A stretch of DNA of 60,725 nt, taken from positions 1 to 60,725 of the forward strand of contig NIVC01002182.1 of NCBI GenBank assembly GCA_002269645.1, in the 5' to 3' direction. Origin of the DNA: Macrostomum lignano (lineage: Eukaryota). Both the position numbers and the translations under genes were made by a program. Positions 15,191-28,940 of this stretch are shown here, one piece after another. Positions within the stretch are counted from its first letter, which is position 1. Each line of letters opens with the position of its first letter. A model generated the notes under the pieces. It was not told where the DNA came from and did not search any database. It was given only the letters and a program-made list of their open reading frames with translations.

Positions 15191-16381
15191 GGGACAGCCG
15201 TGCTGGACAGTCACTGCGCGGATAGTGAGCTGTAAAAATACGAACAGACTAAAGTAGTTTTCCGCTCGTCACCATTCGTTGTTTATACAGTCCGGACCCC
15301 CTACCTTCTCTGGAGTTTGAAATCCGCATTATACTACTAACAATATCAATTACCATCAATCCCGCACAAATGTCTACTCGTTCAATCTTTCAGTCTAGAT
15401 GCGCAATTCAATGTGTCTCGTGCTTTCTGTGTTTTACTTGCAAGACAGTACGATGCAAGTTATTAATGTATAAGCGATTCAAACAGCGCTTAGATATAGT
15501 TATCTTAGCCAAAATTATGGTGATTGTGAAGTGTAATAGTTCTGATTATAGACAGACTAAATTATATATTTTTATTTGTCACTAAATTGCTTTGCGGTAA
15601 GCGACCCCCGAAACAGCAAGCTAAATCAAGCAGTGTGAAAATGCAACTCCATATTTTGCATCCCAGCAAGATAGGAAATATTCGTTTCCGTTACCTGTGC
15701 TCCTTACCCACTTGGCTACACATATCAGCAGGATATTTTTGCCCTATTTTCGTACCCGCTTATTTTATGGAAATGAATCCGGCAAGAGCAAGCACCCATG
15801 CGCACAAAGCATTATTCCCAAGCACGCCTATAGTGTATCAGCGTCGAGCACAATTCTATCCAAATGGAGATACGGCGCTGCATTTTAATGCGTTTATGGA
15901 TAAACCTGTCGCTATATTCAACTTTCACGTTTTCATTCTTTGTTTAGAAGGCGAGGCAGGTCAATATGGCTGCTTGCTGCTCTTCCAGCGTCATAATTGG
16001 CATTGTTATCCGTAATTCGCTCACTTTTTGCTTTTTTGTGTTTATTTGTTGTGTAATTTTATTTTCTGTAACAAGCTGCTCTCGGTTTTGGGGCTGACCC
16101 TATTGAGGTCAGATTTGGCACGAAATTTAGTCCGTGTAACTCCAGCAATTAGCTCCTTTCCGTGTACACAAATATAATAATATGCACTAAAAATAGCATT
16201 AAATTGTGTTCGTCTGAAGCAATATATTTTCGATACTTACTGACGCACTAAACACTACTTCCCAAGTAGAACACATAGCAGCAGTTGTGCGCACACTTGC
16301 CGAAAAATGCAGAAAAAAATACTAGAAATACTAAGGAAGCAGAGAAGCGAAAGTCAAAAAAAGAGAAGAAGGCAAATAAGG

Positions 16382-18032
16382 TTTAGCCATAGACTACAGT
16401 TATTTAGACCACAGTTAGCCATAGACTACAGTTATTTAGACCACAGTTAGCCATAGACTACAGTTATTTAGACCACAGTTAGCCATCGACTACAGTTATT
16501 TAGACCACAGTTAGCCATCGACTACAGTTATTTAGACCACAGTTAGCCATAGACTACAGTTATTTAGACCACAGTTAGCCATCGACTACAGTTATTTAGA
16601 ACACAGTTAGCCATCGACTACAGTTATTTAGACCACAGTTAGCCATAGACTACAGTTATTTAGACTACAGTTAGCCAAAGATTACAGTTATTTAGACCAC
16701 AGTTAGCCATAGACTACAGTTATTTAGACCACAGTTAGCCAAAGATTACAGTTATTTAGACTACAGTTAGCCATAGACTACAGTTATTTAGACTACAGTT
16801 AGCCAAAGATTACAGTTATTTAGACCACAGTTAGCCATAGACTACAGTTATTTAGACCACAGTTAGCCAAAGATTACAGTTATTTAGACCACAGTTGGCC
16901 ATCGACTACAGTTATTTAGACCACAGTTAGCCATAGACTACAGTTATTTAGACCACAGTTAGCCAAAGATTACAGTTATTTAGACTACAGTTAGCCAAAG
17001 ATTACAGTTATTTAGACTACAGTTAGCCATAGACTACAGTTATCTAGACCACAGTTAGCCATAGACTACAGTTACCGGTATTTAGAACACAGTTAGTTAT
17101 CGACTACAGTTATTTAGACCACAGTTAGCCAAAGACTACAGTTATCTAGACCACAGTTAGCCATAGACTACAGTTATCTAGACCACAGTTAGCCATAGAC
17201 TACAGTTATTTAGAACACAGTTAGTTGTCGACTACAGTTATTTAGACCACAGTTAGCCAAAGACAACAGTTATTTAGACCACAGTTAGCCATCGACTACA
17301 GGTTTTTAGACCACAGTTAGCCAAAGACTACAGTTATTTAGACCACAGTTAGCCAAAGATTACAGTTATTTAGAACACAGTTAGCCAAAGATTACAGTTA
17401 TTTAGAACACAGTTAGTTATCGACTACAGTTATTTAGACCACAGTTAGCCAAAGACTACAGTTATTAAGACCACAGTTAGCCAAAGATTACAGTTATTTA
17501 GACCACAATTAGCCATCGACTAAAGTTATTTAGACCACAGTTAGCCATCGACTACAGTTATTTAGACCACAGTTAGCCATAGACTACAGTTATTTAGACC
17601 ACAGTTAGCCATAGACTACAGTTATTTAGACCACAGTTAGCCAAAGACTACAGTTATTTAGACCACAGTTAGCCATAGACTACAGTTATTTAGACCACAG
17701 TTAGCCATAGACTAAAGTTATTTAGACCACAGTTAGCCATCGACTACAGTTATTTAGAACACAGTTAGCCATCGACTACAGTTATTTAGAACACAGTTAG
17801 CCATCGACTACAGTTATTTAGACCACAGTTAGCCATCGACTACAGTTATTTAGACCACAGTTAGTCATAGACTACAGTTATTTAGACCACAGTTAGCCAT
17901 CGACTACAGTTTTTTAGACCACAGTTAGCCATCGACTACAGTTATTTAGACCACAGTTAGCCAAAGACTACATTATTTAGACCACAGTTAGCCATCGACT
18001 ACAGTTATCTAGACCACAGTTAGCCATAGACC
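16382..18032. repeat. 32-bp minisatellite (GTTAGCCATAGACTACA-GTTATTTAGACCACA), about 51 copies
   Basis: Read directly; the unit is a dimer of related 17-bp and 15-bp halves. Confidence 0.98.
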
Positions 18033-19014
18033 ATCCTGACATCCCAGGTTAAAAGCCTACAGAACAAGGACAGGTTGGGCCATAGACTCGCTGAGAAAGT
18101 CGTCTTAGAGACTAGAATACAGAGGATTAGTCTGACACTGATGATAACAGAACACTTCTTCTGCTGATTCGAAGGTCTACCGCTGTACGTAGTCAACTGA
18201 AGGTTCACTGTATCCATGCAAAGTCGTCTCTCACAAAACTCTGCGGCTGTTAATTGCAAGTTTGGGCGTCCAACCCTCTGCTTGCTTGTCAGAAATTCGA
18301 ACTTTTTCCTTGTCTTTCCCCGAAGTTAATGGTCTAGCATGCTCATACTACTTAAAAGTACTTGAATTCGTTTGAACTCTGCAACAGACTTGATTTTTAC
18401 AAAAAATAGCTTGGACCAAAACATGGGACGGAGCCATTCATGGAAGTGTTCCAGAGTAATGACAGGCAGCCTTTGCTGAGCTGTTTGCTTCTCAACAGCA
18501 GACATCGGCCGGCCTTATCAATCTGGCCTCGGGGTGAGCGGATGAGCCGCAGTGAGAAGCGCAGGACGCAGATGATTCTGGGCGATAAACTCAGATTACA
18601 AGTTATAGCCCTTGATCCCTTCATCAGGGAGGCTGGCAGACTGGTTGAGCAGCCGAGACCGGCCCTCATCGGGCGGCTGCTCTCCATCTTCTGCTTGTTT
18701 ATATCCCCCTGGAATTTTATTCCCAGAGAAGACGGACGAGACCGGCCTGCTAGAGGGGAAATTAGACTCAAATACGCTACAGAGGGATTGGCCGGCGCTC
18801 CTTTAGAAGGCCGGGGAGAGAGAGACTGCAGCTGGCTATCCGGGATCAGCTGAGAGCCGAGTGGAATTAAGCTGGCAGAGAAGTTGATAAGACTGAATCA
18901 TTCCAGCTTCTTCTTTTCAGACACAAGAATATATCGAAAGATGAATCAATATTGCAAATTTGGTTTCTGAGGCTGCTTTCATAAGAAAATATTGACAAAA
19001 ATATTAAACAATTA

Positions 19015-19666
19015 CACCATTTTACCTCATATTTTGAACAAAGTCTTGTTCAAAAGAGACAAGCAGAACTTCAATTCAAACACTTTAAGAAATATCAGCC
19101 CTTGCGGAAATTCAAATCAAACAAAGTCCCCTTCTATTGAAACAGAATAACTTCAATTCAGACTGTCTGTGGCCAAAATTGTCCCCGAGTGACGCGCATG
19201 CGCAAACTTGAAATTCAAAAGAAACAAAGAAACAACATGGTGCACGGAACCATTGGCTGCATCTTTGTGGACAAGTGCACTGAGTGGTTCAACCATGTGT
19301 TTACATACGTCCCTCGCTGCGTTGGTGGACAGGCAATTGATGGTTAGGTGTCTCAAGTTGGCCAACTGACACTGTCTTGTTCCTGTTTTTCATTTTACTC
19401 CTATGTTCGTCGAAATGTTGTGTTTTATCCCTTTGTCGAAATAGAATGTGACTTTGTTTCTTTTGAATTTCAAATCTGCGCATGCGCGTCATTTGGGGAC
19501 AATTTTGGCCACAGACAGTCTGAATTGAAGTTCTTCTGTTTCAATAGAAAGGGACTTTGTTTTATTTGAATTTCCGCAAGGGCTGATATTTCTTAAAGTG
19601 TTTGAATTGAAGTTCTGCTTGCTTCTTTTGAACAAGACTTTGTTCAAAATAGGAGGTAAAATGGTG
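19015..19666. mobile_element. MITE / foldback element, about 215-bp TIRs, TA target duplication (Tc1/mariner-type)
   Basis: 19015-19229 is the reverse complement of 19452-19666 with few mismatches. Termini are TA|CACCATTTT...AAAATGGTG|TA; about 220-bp non-coding spacer. Confidence 0.88.
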
Positions 19667-22461
19667 TATTCTATTATGCGAAGTGATAACTTTGTACTAT
19701 ACAACTACTAGTTACTAATTTCAAACCCGTATGACTATAACGGCGTAAAACCGATTGAAAAGGTACCGAACGTTTTATTTGCAGTCAGACTAAAGAGGCG
19801 AACTTTTAAGGTTGCATGCTTCCGAGAGTTCAGTCTAAATCCCCCAATCCATGGTCAACAAACACCGGCCGGTAGGCAGCGGATATTTTTTCATATCGCT
19901 AGTGTATTTAGTATGCTGTCTAGTAGAGAAATCTAATTTTCCCTACCGATTTTGTCTATGACGCGACCCCCCATTCAGCGCTATGCATTCTCGGGAGCAT
20001 GCTCTGATTGAGTAGAGCAGACCACGCTAGATTTCCGAAGAAGCATTTTTGTGTCTGGTTTACAACAAGCATCGGTAGCTCTCCATTTCTTTACCGGTAA
20101 GCATTGCTTGCTAGGCCTAATCAAGCCTGAACGAGTCACTGTCTCAAAGACGTGCTAATGACTTCTCATCGCCCTGCCCGTGAGCTGTCAACTTCCTCAA
20201 AGCAATGCAATGCCGCCCCTTACCAATCAAAATTGTCTTTTTCCTTTTTCCTCCCGCTCCAGCTCGAGTGTCCATCTCAGCTCAAGCCTCAGCTCCCTTC
20301 TAAACTCTTTTGCACGTTTCTCCACCCGGGAAAATCAATGTATAATCGTTGCGGGCCTGTCCTCTCGGTCTGCTCCTCTAGAAGCTTGCCAGCGACCTCA
20401 CCTTTGAGACACTTGACTTACGGATGACCGAAGACCTTCTGGGGTCATGGGGATAGGACAAGAAAGGAACGAAAAAAGTAAGGGAAATTTCGCATGCCCG
20501 CGACAACCCCATTGGCTTGTCTTGCCCAGCCAGCTTGCCCGCAGTAACTAAGCCAATTACTCCCGCAGTCTGCAGGCATCTGGCACCGCCAGCAGCATGC
20601 CGCCTCCGAGACTGGTCAGTCCCTCGACTCATCTTAACGCGTGAGTGGCAACGCAAGAGGCTGGCTATAGAGGGAGAAGGAGTATTCTTTGAGAATGTGA
20701 TCTCGCCCACTGCATCACTGACGGACCCCTATGCGGTCTCGCGGGTTTCACCGAGCGTTTTCTATTCAAGAATTGTATTCGAGCATCACATTCCTTGCAA
20801 AACATTCTCCCTACTGTTTTGTAGCCGCGCGCGTGTCCAGACTAGCGTGAAATGCCGCCCATCCAGTTGGCTTTGATTGAGAGCGCTTCCTTCATTCCGT
20901 CTGGGCTCCTCCGAGGCCTTTTTGTAATGCCTCTCATTTTCGGCCTCTCGTTGAGTCTTCAACACTGGCAATCTTTGATGATGAGAATAAACTCTTTATT
21001 TAGCTGTCAATCTAGTCTAAATCGTGAATAATGAGGCACCGTTGTGACCATCTTTGTCACAAAATAGACCAAATATACCCTGGTTGTGTTTCGGTGATCT
21101 GCTATTACCTTAGTAAATAATTGATCATTGCCCTTAGCGCTTCTTTTCGATGCTTTGGGTCGGCGGGGGTTTCGGGAAATATGCTACAAATGTAACGCAC
21201 AAGTTGCAGGACAGGTAATCACAGGGTTGCGTCCCTAATTATAATCCTCCTTTCCTGTTGTCGTTCTGTCTTTCAGAAAAGCCAGTAGCTGAATATTATT
21301 GCTATTCTGGCCTTTCTTGTTTTATGTGCTTTTTTCCAAATAAAGTCAAAACAACAAGTTCAACTTGTTGAATTGCAAGCACAAAGCCAGGGCAGAAAAC
21401 CTTTTTTTACCAAAGTCCACCGAGTTTAGCTTGGTGCCCTAATTAAACAATTCTAAGAACGAAGCAGTTTTGATAGCGACTACAACTACAGGTTGGCTGT
21501 TACTATGAAACACTCAGCAGCAGGGTCAGGCCTGCACACTGCGGTACCGGACAAGATCTCCTGCCATTGGTCGGCAATTATCCTAGCGTTTCTACCTAAC
21601 AAAGCATGCCTTCTTATTACATATTGGCAGCCAAAGCTAGTAATCGGTACAACAGAAGAGATTCAAGCCCGGACTGAAGCACAAAAAAGTAGCTTCATTG
21701 AGAAATATTTGCTTTTCCACAAAAGCAGTCACCGAGGCCACACTGTAAGTGCTACTCGTACATCTAAAATCAGTTGTCTTTTTTTAATTTCTCCGTCTGG
21801 CATCCATACACGATCCTGATCACGCTGGTGTTGCATTAGCGACAATTTACTCGTAGTTGGCCTAGTAGTTTTCATACGAGCTAACTTGCACGCTTTGTGT
21901 ACACTGATTAGACAAGATGTACTTGAAGCAGTGTATAGGCGTATTTAGCAAACATAATTATACGATAAAATCATAAGGTTAAATCCTATATACTAAAAAT
22001 GAGTTGTCTGTGGGTAGGTAGGTATGCGATAGATTTCAGAAAAAATGGCTCAACCGATTTTCTTCAAACTTGCACCATTCGATCAGAAATTTTCCTGGGA
22101 CGGTACATGCATCTTGGCTAAGAAATTGCTCAATGATAAAGGGATTAAATATTCGAAAAACATGCTTTTTTTGCAAAGGTCAAGCAGCTCTTTCGACCTC
22201 AAATGCATTGAAAGAATACTAGAGAAAAAACTGACTGACTGAATTCCAATTGTGATAAGGATTACATCACAACAAGTTGAAAACAGTGCCGAAGAAATGC
22301 ACACACGACTTGATTGAAATTGCGTAACCATTATTGCTAACTTAAATTGAGACTGATACTGGCTGACTGAGAAATTGATTATGTCATAACTTTTTACTCT
22401 AACTGACTTGCCATAAGAATTGAATTATAAGGGCCACAATTCATGTTCTCCAATTGAAAAG

Positions 22462-22542
22462 AGATAGCCAAGATGCGAACAGACTGGACTGCTAATGTAG
22501 CGACCTGGGTTCGAATCTTAGTAGTGCAAAATAATTTTTTTT
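22462..22542 (+). promoter_or_regulatory. tRNA-like Pol III-type cassette inside Helitron 1 (also about 29572-29650 and 36125-36203)
   Basis: A-box-like TAGCCAAGATG, anticodon-arm-like CTGGACTGCTAATGTAG, B box GGTTCGAATC (22508-22517), then a T8 run (22535-22542). Confidence 0.5.
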
Positions 22543-22569
22543 ATTAAAACACTTTAAAACACAAAATGC

Positions 22570-25500
22570 TAAACATAAAAGAAGCGCAATGTCAAATATA
22601 AAAGAGCCACCATGCCAAACATAAAAGTGCCACCATGTCGAACACAGAAGAGACACCATGTCAAACACAAAAGAGCCACCATGTCAATCATAAAAGAGCC
22701 ACCATGTCAAACATAAAAGAGCCACCATGTAAATCATAAAAGAGCCACCATTTCGAACATTAAAGAGCCACCATTTCGAACATTAAAGAGCCACCATGTC
22801 AAACATAAAAGAGCCACTATTTCAAACATTAAAGAGCCACTATTTCGAACATTAAAAAGCGACCATTTCGAACATTAAAGAGCCACCATGTCGACCATAA
22901 AAGAGCCACCATGTCGACCATAAAAGAGCCACTATTTCGAACATCAAAGAGCCACTTTGTCAAACATTCAGGAGCCACTTTTTCGAACATTAAAGAGCCA
23001 CCATGTCAAACATAAAAGAGCCAACATGTCAGACATTAAAGAGCCACCATGTCGAACATTAAAGAGCCACCATGTCGAACATAAAAGAGCCACCATGTCA
23101 AACCTAAAACAGCCACCATGTCGAATATAAAAGAGCCACCATTTCAAACATAAAACAGCCAACATGTCAAACATAAAAGAGCCACCATTTTGAACATTAA
23201 AGAGACACCATGTCAAACATAAAAGAGCCAACATGTTAAACATAAAAGAGCCAACATGTCAAACATAAAGAGCCACCATGTCAAACATAAAAGAGCTATA
23301 ACATGAAGAATATTAAAGAGCCACCATGTTAAACATTAAAGAGCCACCATGTTAAACATTAAAGAGCCACCATTTCGAACATTAAAGAGCCACCATGTCG
23401 AACATAAAAGAGCCACCATTTCGAACATCAAAGAGCCGCCATGTCGAATATAAAAGAGCCACCATGTCAAACATAAAACAGCCAACATGTCAAACATAAA
23501 AGAGCCACCATTTTGAACATTAAAGAGCCACTATGTCAAACATTTAGGAGCCACTTTGTCGAACATTAAAGAGCCACCATGTCGAACATAAAAGAGCCAC
23601 CATGTCAAACCTAAAACAGCCACCATGTCGAATATAAAAGAGCTACCATTTCGAACACTTAAGAGCCACAATGTAGAATATTAACGAGCCACCATGTCAA
23701 ACATTAAAGAGCCACCATGTCAAACATTAAAGAGCCACCATGTCGAACATTAAAGAGCCACCATGTCGAACATAAAAGAGCCACCATGTCAAACCTAAAA
23801 CAGCCACCATGTCGAATATAAAAGAGCTACCATTTCGAACACTTAAGAGCCACAATGTAGAATATTAACGAGCCACCATGTCAAACATTAAAGAGCCACC
23901 ATGTCAAACATTAAAGAGCCACCATGTCGAACATTAAAGAGCCACCATGTCGAACATAAAAGAGCCACCATGTCAAACCTAAAACAGCTACCATGTCGAA
24001 TATAAAAGAGCCACCATTTCGAACACTTAAGAGCCACAATGTAGAATATTAAAGAGCCACCATGTCAAACATCAAAGAGCCACCATGTCAAACATCAAAG
24101 AGCCACTATGTCGAACATTAAGGAGCCACCATGTCAAGCATAAAAGAGCCACCATGTCAAGCATAAAAGAGCCACCATGTCAAACATTAAAGAGCCACCA
24201 TGTCAAACACTAAAAAGCCACCATGTCAAACATTAAAGAGCCACCATGTCAAACATATATGTGACTCCATGTCAAACATATACGTGACTACATGTCAAAC
24301 ATATACGTGACTCCATGTCAAACATTAAAGAGCCACCATGTCAAACACTAAAAAGCCACCATGTCAAACATTAAAGAGCCACCATGTCAAACATATATGT
24401 GACTCCAAGTCAAACATATACGTGACTACATGTCAAACATATACGTGACTCCATGTCAAACATAAAAGAGCCACCATGTAAAACATATACTTATGACTCT
24501 TTGTCGAACATAAAGAGCCACCATGTAAAGCATTTACGTGACTCCATGCCAAATATATACGTGACTCCATGTCAAACACATACGTGACTCCATGTCAAAC
24601 ATTAAAGAGCCACCATGTCATATAGTAAGGAGCAACCATGTCAAACATTAAAGAGCCACCAAGTAAAAAATAAGAGCCAATGTCAAACATTAAAGAGCCA
24701 CCATGTCAAACATTAAAGAGCCACCATGTCAAACATTAAAGAGCCACCATGTCAAACATATCGAACACTAAAGAGCCACCATGTCAAACACATATGTGAC
24801 TCTAAGTCAAATATATACGTGACTCCATGTCACACATAAAAGAGCCACCATGTCAAACATTAAAGAGCCACTATGTCAAACATTAAAGAGCCACTATGTC
24901 AAGCATTAAAGAGCCACCATGTCAAGCATAAAAGAGCCACCATGTCAAGCATAAAAGAGCCACCATGTCAAACATTAAAGAGCCACCATGTCAAACACTA
25001 AAAAGCCACCATGTCAAACATTAAAGAGCCACCATGTCAAACATATATGTGACTCCATGTCAAACATATACGTGACTACATGTCAAACATATACGTGACT
25101 CCATGTCAAACATTAAAGAGCCACCATGTCAAACATATATGTGACTCCATGTCAAACATATACGTGACTACAAGTCAAACATATACGTGACTCCATGTCA
25201 AACATTAAAGAGCCACCATGTCAAACACTAAAAAGCCACCATGTCAAACATTAAAGAGCCACCATGTCAAACCTAAAACAGCCACCATGTCGAATATAAA
25301 AGAGCTACCATTTCGAACACTTAAGAGCCACAATGTAGAATATTAACGAGCCACCATGTCAAACATTAAAGAGCCACCATGTCAAACATTAAAGAGCCAC
25401 CATGTCGAACATTAAAGAGCCAACATGTCGAACATAAAAGAGCCACCATGTCAAACCTAAAACAGCTACCATGTCGAATATAAAAGAGCCACCATTTCGA

Positions 25501-28500
25501 ACACTTAAGAGCCACAATGTAGAATATTAAAGAGCCACCATGTCAAACATCAAAGAGCCACCATGTCAAACATCAAAGAGCCACCATGTCGAACATTAAG
25601 GAGCCACCATGTCAAGCATAAAAGAGCCACCATGTCAAGCATAAAAGAGCCACCATGTCAAACATTAAAGAGCCACCATGTCAAACACTAAAAAGCCACC
25701 ATGTCAAACATTAAAGAGCCACCATGTCAAACATATATGTGACTCCATGTCAAACATATACGTGACTACATGTCAAACATATACGTGACTCCATGTCAAA
25801 CATTAAAGAGCCACCATGTCAAACACTAAAAAGCCACCATGTCAAACATTAAAGAGCCACCATGTCAAACATATATGTGACTCCAAGTCAAACATATACG
25901 TGACCATGTCAAACATATACGTGACTCCATGTCAAACATAAAAGAGCCACCATGTAAAACATATACTTATGACTCTTTGTCGAACATAAAGAGCCACCAT
26001 GTAAAGCATTTACGTGACTCCATGCCAAATATATACGTGACTCCATGTCAAACACATACGTGACTCCATGTCAAACATTAAAGAGCCACCATGTCATATA
26101 GTAAGGAGCAACCATGTCAAACATTAAAGTGCCACCAAGTAAAAAATTAAGAGCCACTATGTCAAACATTAAAGAGCCACCATGTCAAACATTAAAGAGC
26201 CACCATATCGAACACTAAAGAGCCACCATGTCAAACACATATGTGACTCTAAGTCAAATATATACGTGACTCCATGTCACACATAAAAGAGCCACCATGT
26301 CAAACATTAAAGAGCCACTATGTCAAACATTAAAGAGCCACTATGTCAAGCATTAAAGAGCCACCATGTCAAGCATAAAAGAGCCACCATGTCAAGCATA
26401 AAAGAGCCACCATGTCAAACATTAAAGAGCCACCATGTCAAACACTAAAAAGCCACCATGTCAAACATTAAAGAGCCACCATGTCAAACATATATGTGAC
26501 TCCATGTCAAACATATACGTGACTACATGTCAAACATATACGTGACTCCATGTCAAACATTAAAGAGCCACCATGTCAAACATATATGTGACTCCATGTC
26601 AAACATATACGTGACTACAAGTCAAACATATACGTGACTCCATGTCAAACATTAAAGAGCCACCATGTCAAACACTAAAAAGCCACCATGTCAAACATTA
26701 AAGAGCCACCATGTCAAACATATATGTGACTCCATTTCAAACATATACGTGACTACATGTCAAACATTTCCGTGACTCCATGTCAAACATAAAAGAGCCA
26801 CCATGTAAAACATATACTTATGACTCTTTGTCGACCATAAAGAGCCACCATGTAAAGCATTTACGTGACTCCATGCCAAATATATACGTGACTCCATGTC
26901 AAACACATACGTGACTCCATGTCAAACATTAAACAGCCACCATGTCATATAGTAAGGAGCAACCATGTCAAACATTAAAGAGCCACCAAGTAAAAAATTA
27001 AGAGCCACTATGTCAAACATTAAAGAGCCACCATGTCAAACATTAAAGAGCCACCATATCGAACACTAAAGAGCCACCATGTCAAACACATATGTGACTC
27101 TAAGTCAAATATATACGTGACTCCATGTCACACATAAAAGAGCCACCATGTCAAACATTAAAGAGCCACTATGTCAAACATTAAAGAGCCACTATGTCAA
27201 GCATTAAAGAGCCACCATGTCAAACATAAAAGAGCCACCATGTCAAACATTAAAGAGCCACTATGTCAAACATTAAAGAGCCACTATGTCAAACATTAAA
27301 GAGCCACCATGTCAAACATATACGTGACTCCATGCCAAATATATACCTGACTCCATACCAAACACATACATGACTCCATGTCAAACATTAAAGAGCCACC
27401 ATGTCACACATTAAAGAGCCAACATGTCAAACATTAAAGAGCTACCATGTAAAGCATATATGTGACTCCATGCCAAATATATACATGACTCCATGTCTAA
27501 CACATACGTGACTCCATGTCAAACATTAAAGAGCCACCCTGTCGAACGTTAAAGAGCCACAATGTAGAACAATAAAGAGCCACAATGTAGAACATTAAAG
27601 AGCCACAATGTAGAACATTAAAGAGCCATGATGTCAAAAATTAAAAAGCCTTCATGTCAAACAATAAAGATCCACAATGTAGAACATTAAAGAGCCACCA
27701 TGTCGAACATTAAAGAGCCACAATATGTAGAACATTAAAGAGCCACAATATCAAACATTAAAGAGCCACCATGTCGAAGATTAAAGAGCCACAATATGTA
27801 GAACATTAAAGAGCCACAATGTAGAACATTAAAGAGCCACAATTTGAACAATAAAGAGCCACCATGTCGAACATTAAAGAGCCACCATGTCGAACATTAA
27901 AGAGCCACCATGTCAAACAATAAAGAGCCACCATGTTGAACATTAAAGAGCCACCATGTTAAATATTAAAGAGCCACAATGTAGAACATTAAAAAGCCAC
28001 AATGTAGAACATTAAAGAACCACCATGTAGAACATTAAAGAGCCACCATGTCAAACATTAAAGAGCAACAATGTAGAAAATTAAAGAGCCACAATGTAGA
28101 ACATTAAAGAGCCACAATGTCGAGCATTAAAGAGACACCATGTCGAACATTAAAAAGCCACCATGTCAAACAATAAAGAGCCACCATGTTGAACATTAAA
28201 GAGCCACCATGTCAAACATTAAAGAGCCAACCTGTCGAACATTAAAGAGCCACCATGTTGAACATTAAAGAGCCCCCATGTCAAACAGTAAAGAGCCGCC
28301 ATGTCGAACATTAAAGCGCCACCATGTCGAACGTTAAAGAGCCACCATGTCAAACATTAAAGAGCCACCATGTCGAACATTAAAGAGCCACCATGTCGAA
28401 AGTTAAACAGCCACCATGTCGAACATTAACGAGCCACGATGTCAAACATAAAAGAGCTACCAAGTTAGACATAGAAGAGCCACCATGTGAAACATATATG

Positions 28501-28700
28501 TGACTCCATGTCAAACATTAAAGAGCCACCGTTTCTAACATTAAGGAGCCACCATGACAAACATAAAACTGGCACGATGTCAAACATTGACGAGCCACCA
28601 TGTAGAACATTAAAGAGTCACCATGCCAAACATTAAAAAGCCACGAATTCAAAAATAAAATAGCCACCATTTCAAACACAGGAGAGACATTTTCAAACGT
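22570..28700. repeat. 23-bp satellite in Helitron 1 (ATTAAAGAGCCACCATGTCAAAC and variant ATATACGTGACTCCATGTCAAAC), about 265 units
   Basis: Read directly; 23-nt period, also visible as a 23-aa/69-nt periodicity in the spurious ORFs. Confidence 0.97.
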
Positions 28701-28775
28701 AATAAGAAGCGTCATGCCAATCATAAAGCAGCCCCTAGAAAGCTAAGGAAATGTTGCACTATATACTTTTTGTCT

Positions 28776-28940
28776 GGTGGATGCTTGCTATTTAAGGATA
28801 GATACTTGCTATCAATTGGATGCTTGCTATCTGGGGGTTCTTTCTATCTGGGGTGCTTGCTATCTGAGAGATGCTTGCTATCTTGGGGTGCTTGCTATCT
28901 GGGGGTGCTTGCTATCTGGGGGGAGGGGGATGCTTGCTGT
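28776..28940. repeat. 16/17-bp G-rich satellite (GGGGTGCTTGCTATCT) in Helitron 1
   Basis: About 10 degenerate units. Confidence 0.9.

Noticed and set aside
18397-18853. Overlapping 124-137 aa ORFs on both strands (similarly 5250-6514, 9029-9379, 20152-20876, 39429-39782, 41029-42221, 43604-43959)
   Set aside because: No recognisable domain, no consistent splice frame and mostly non-ATG starts; could be decayed sequence but cannot be supported.
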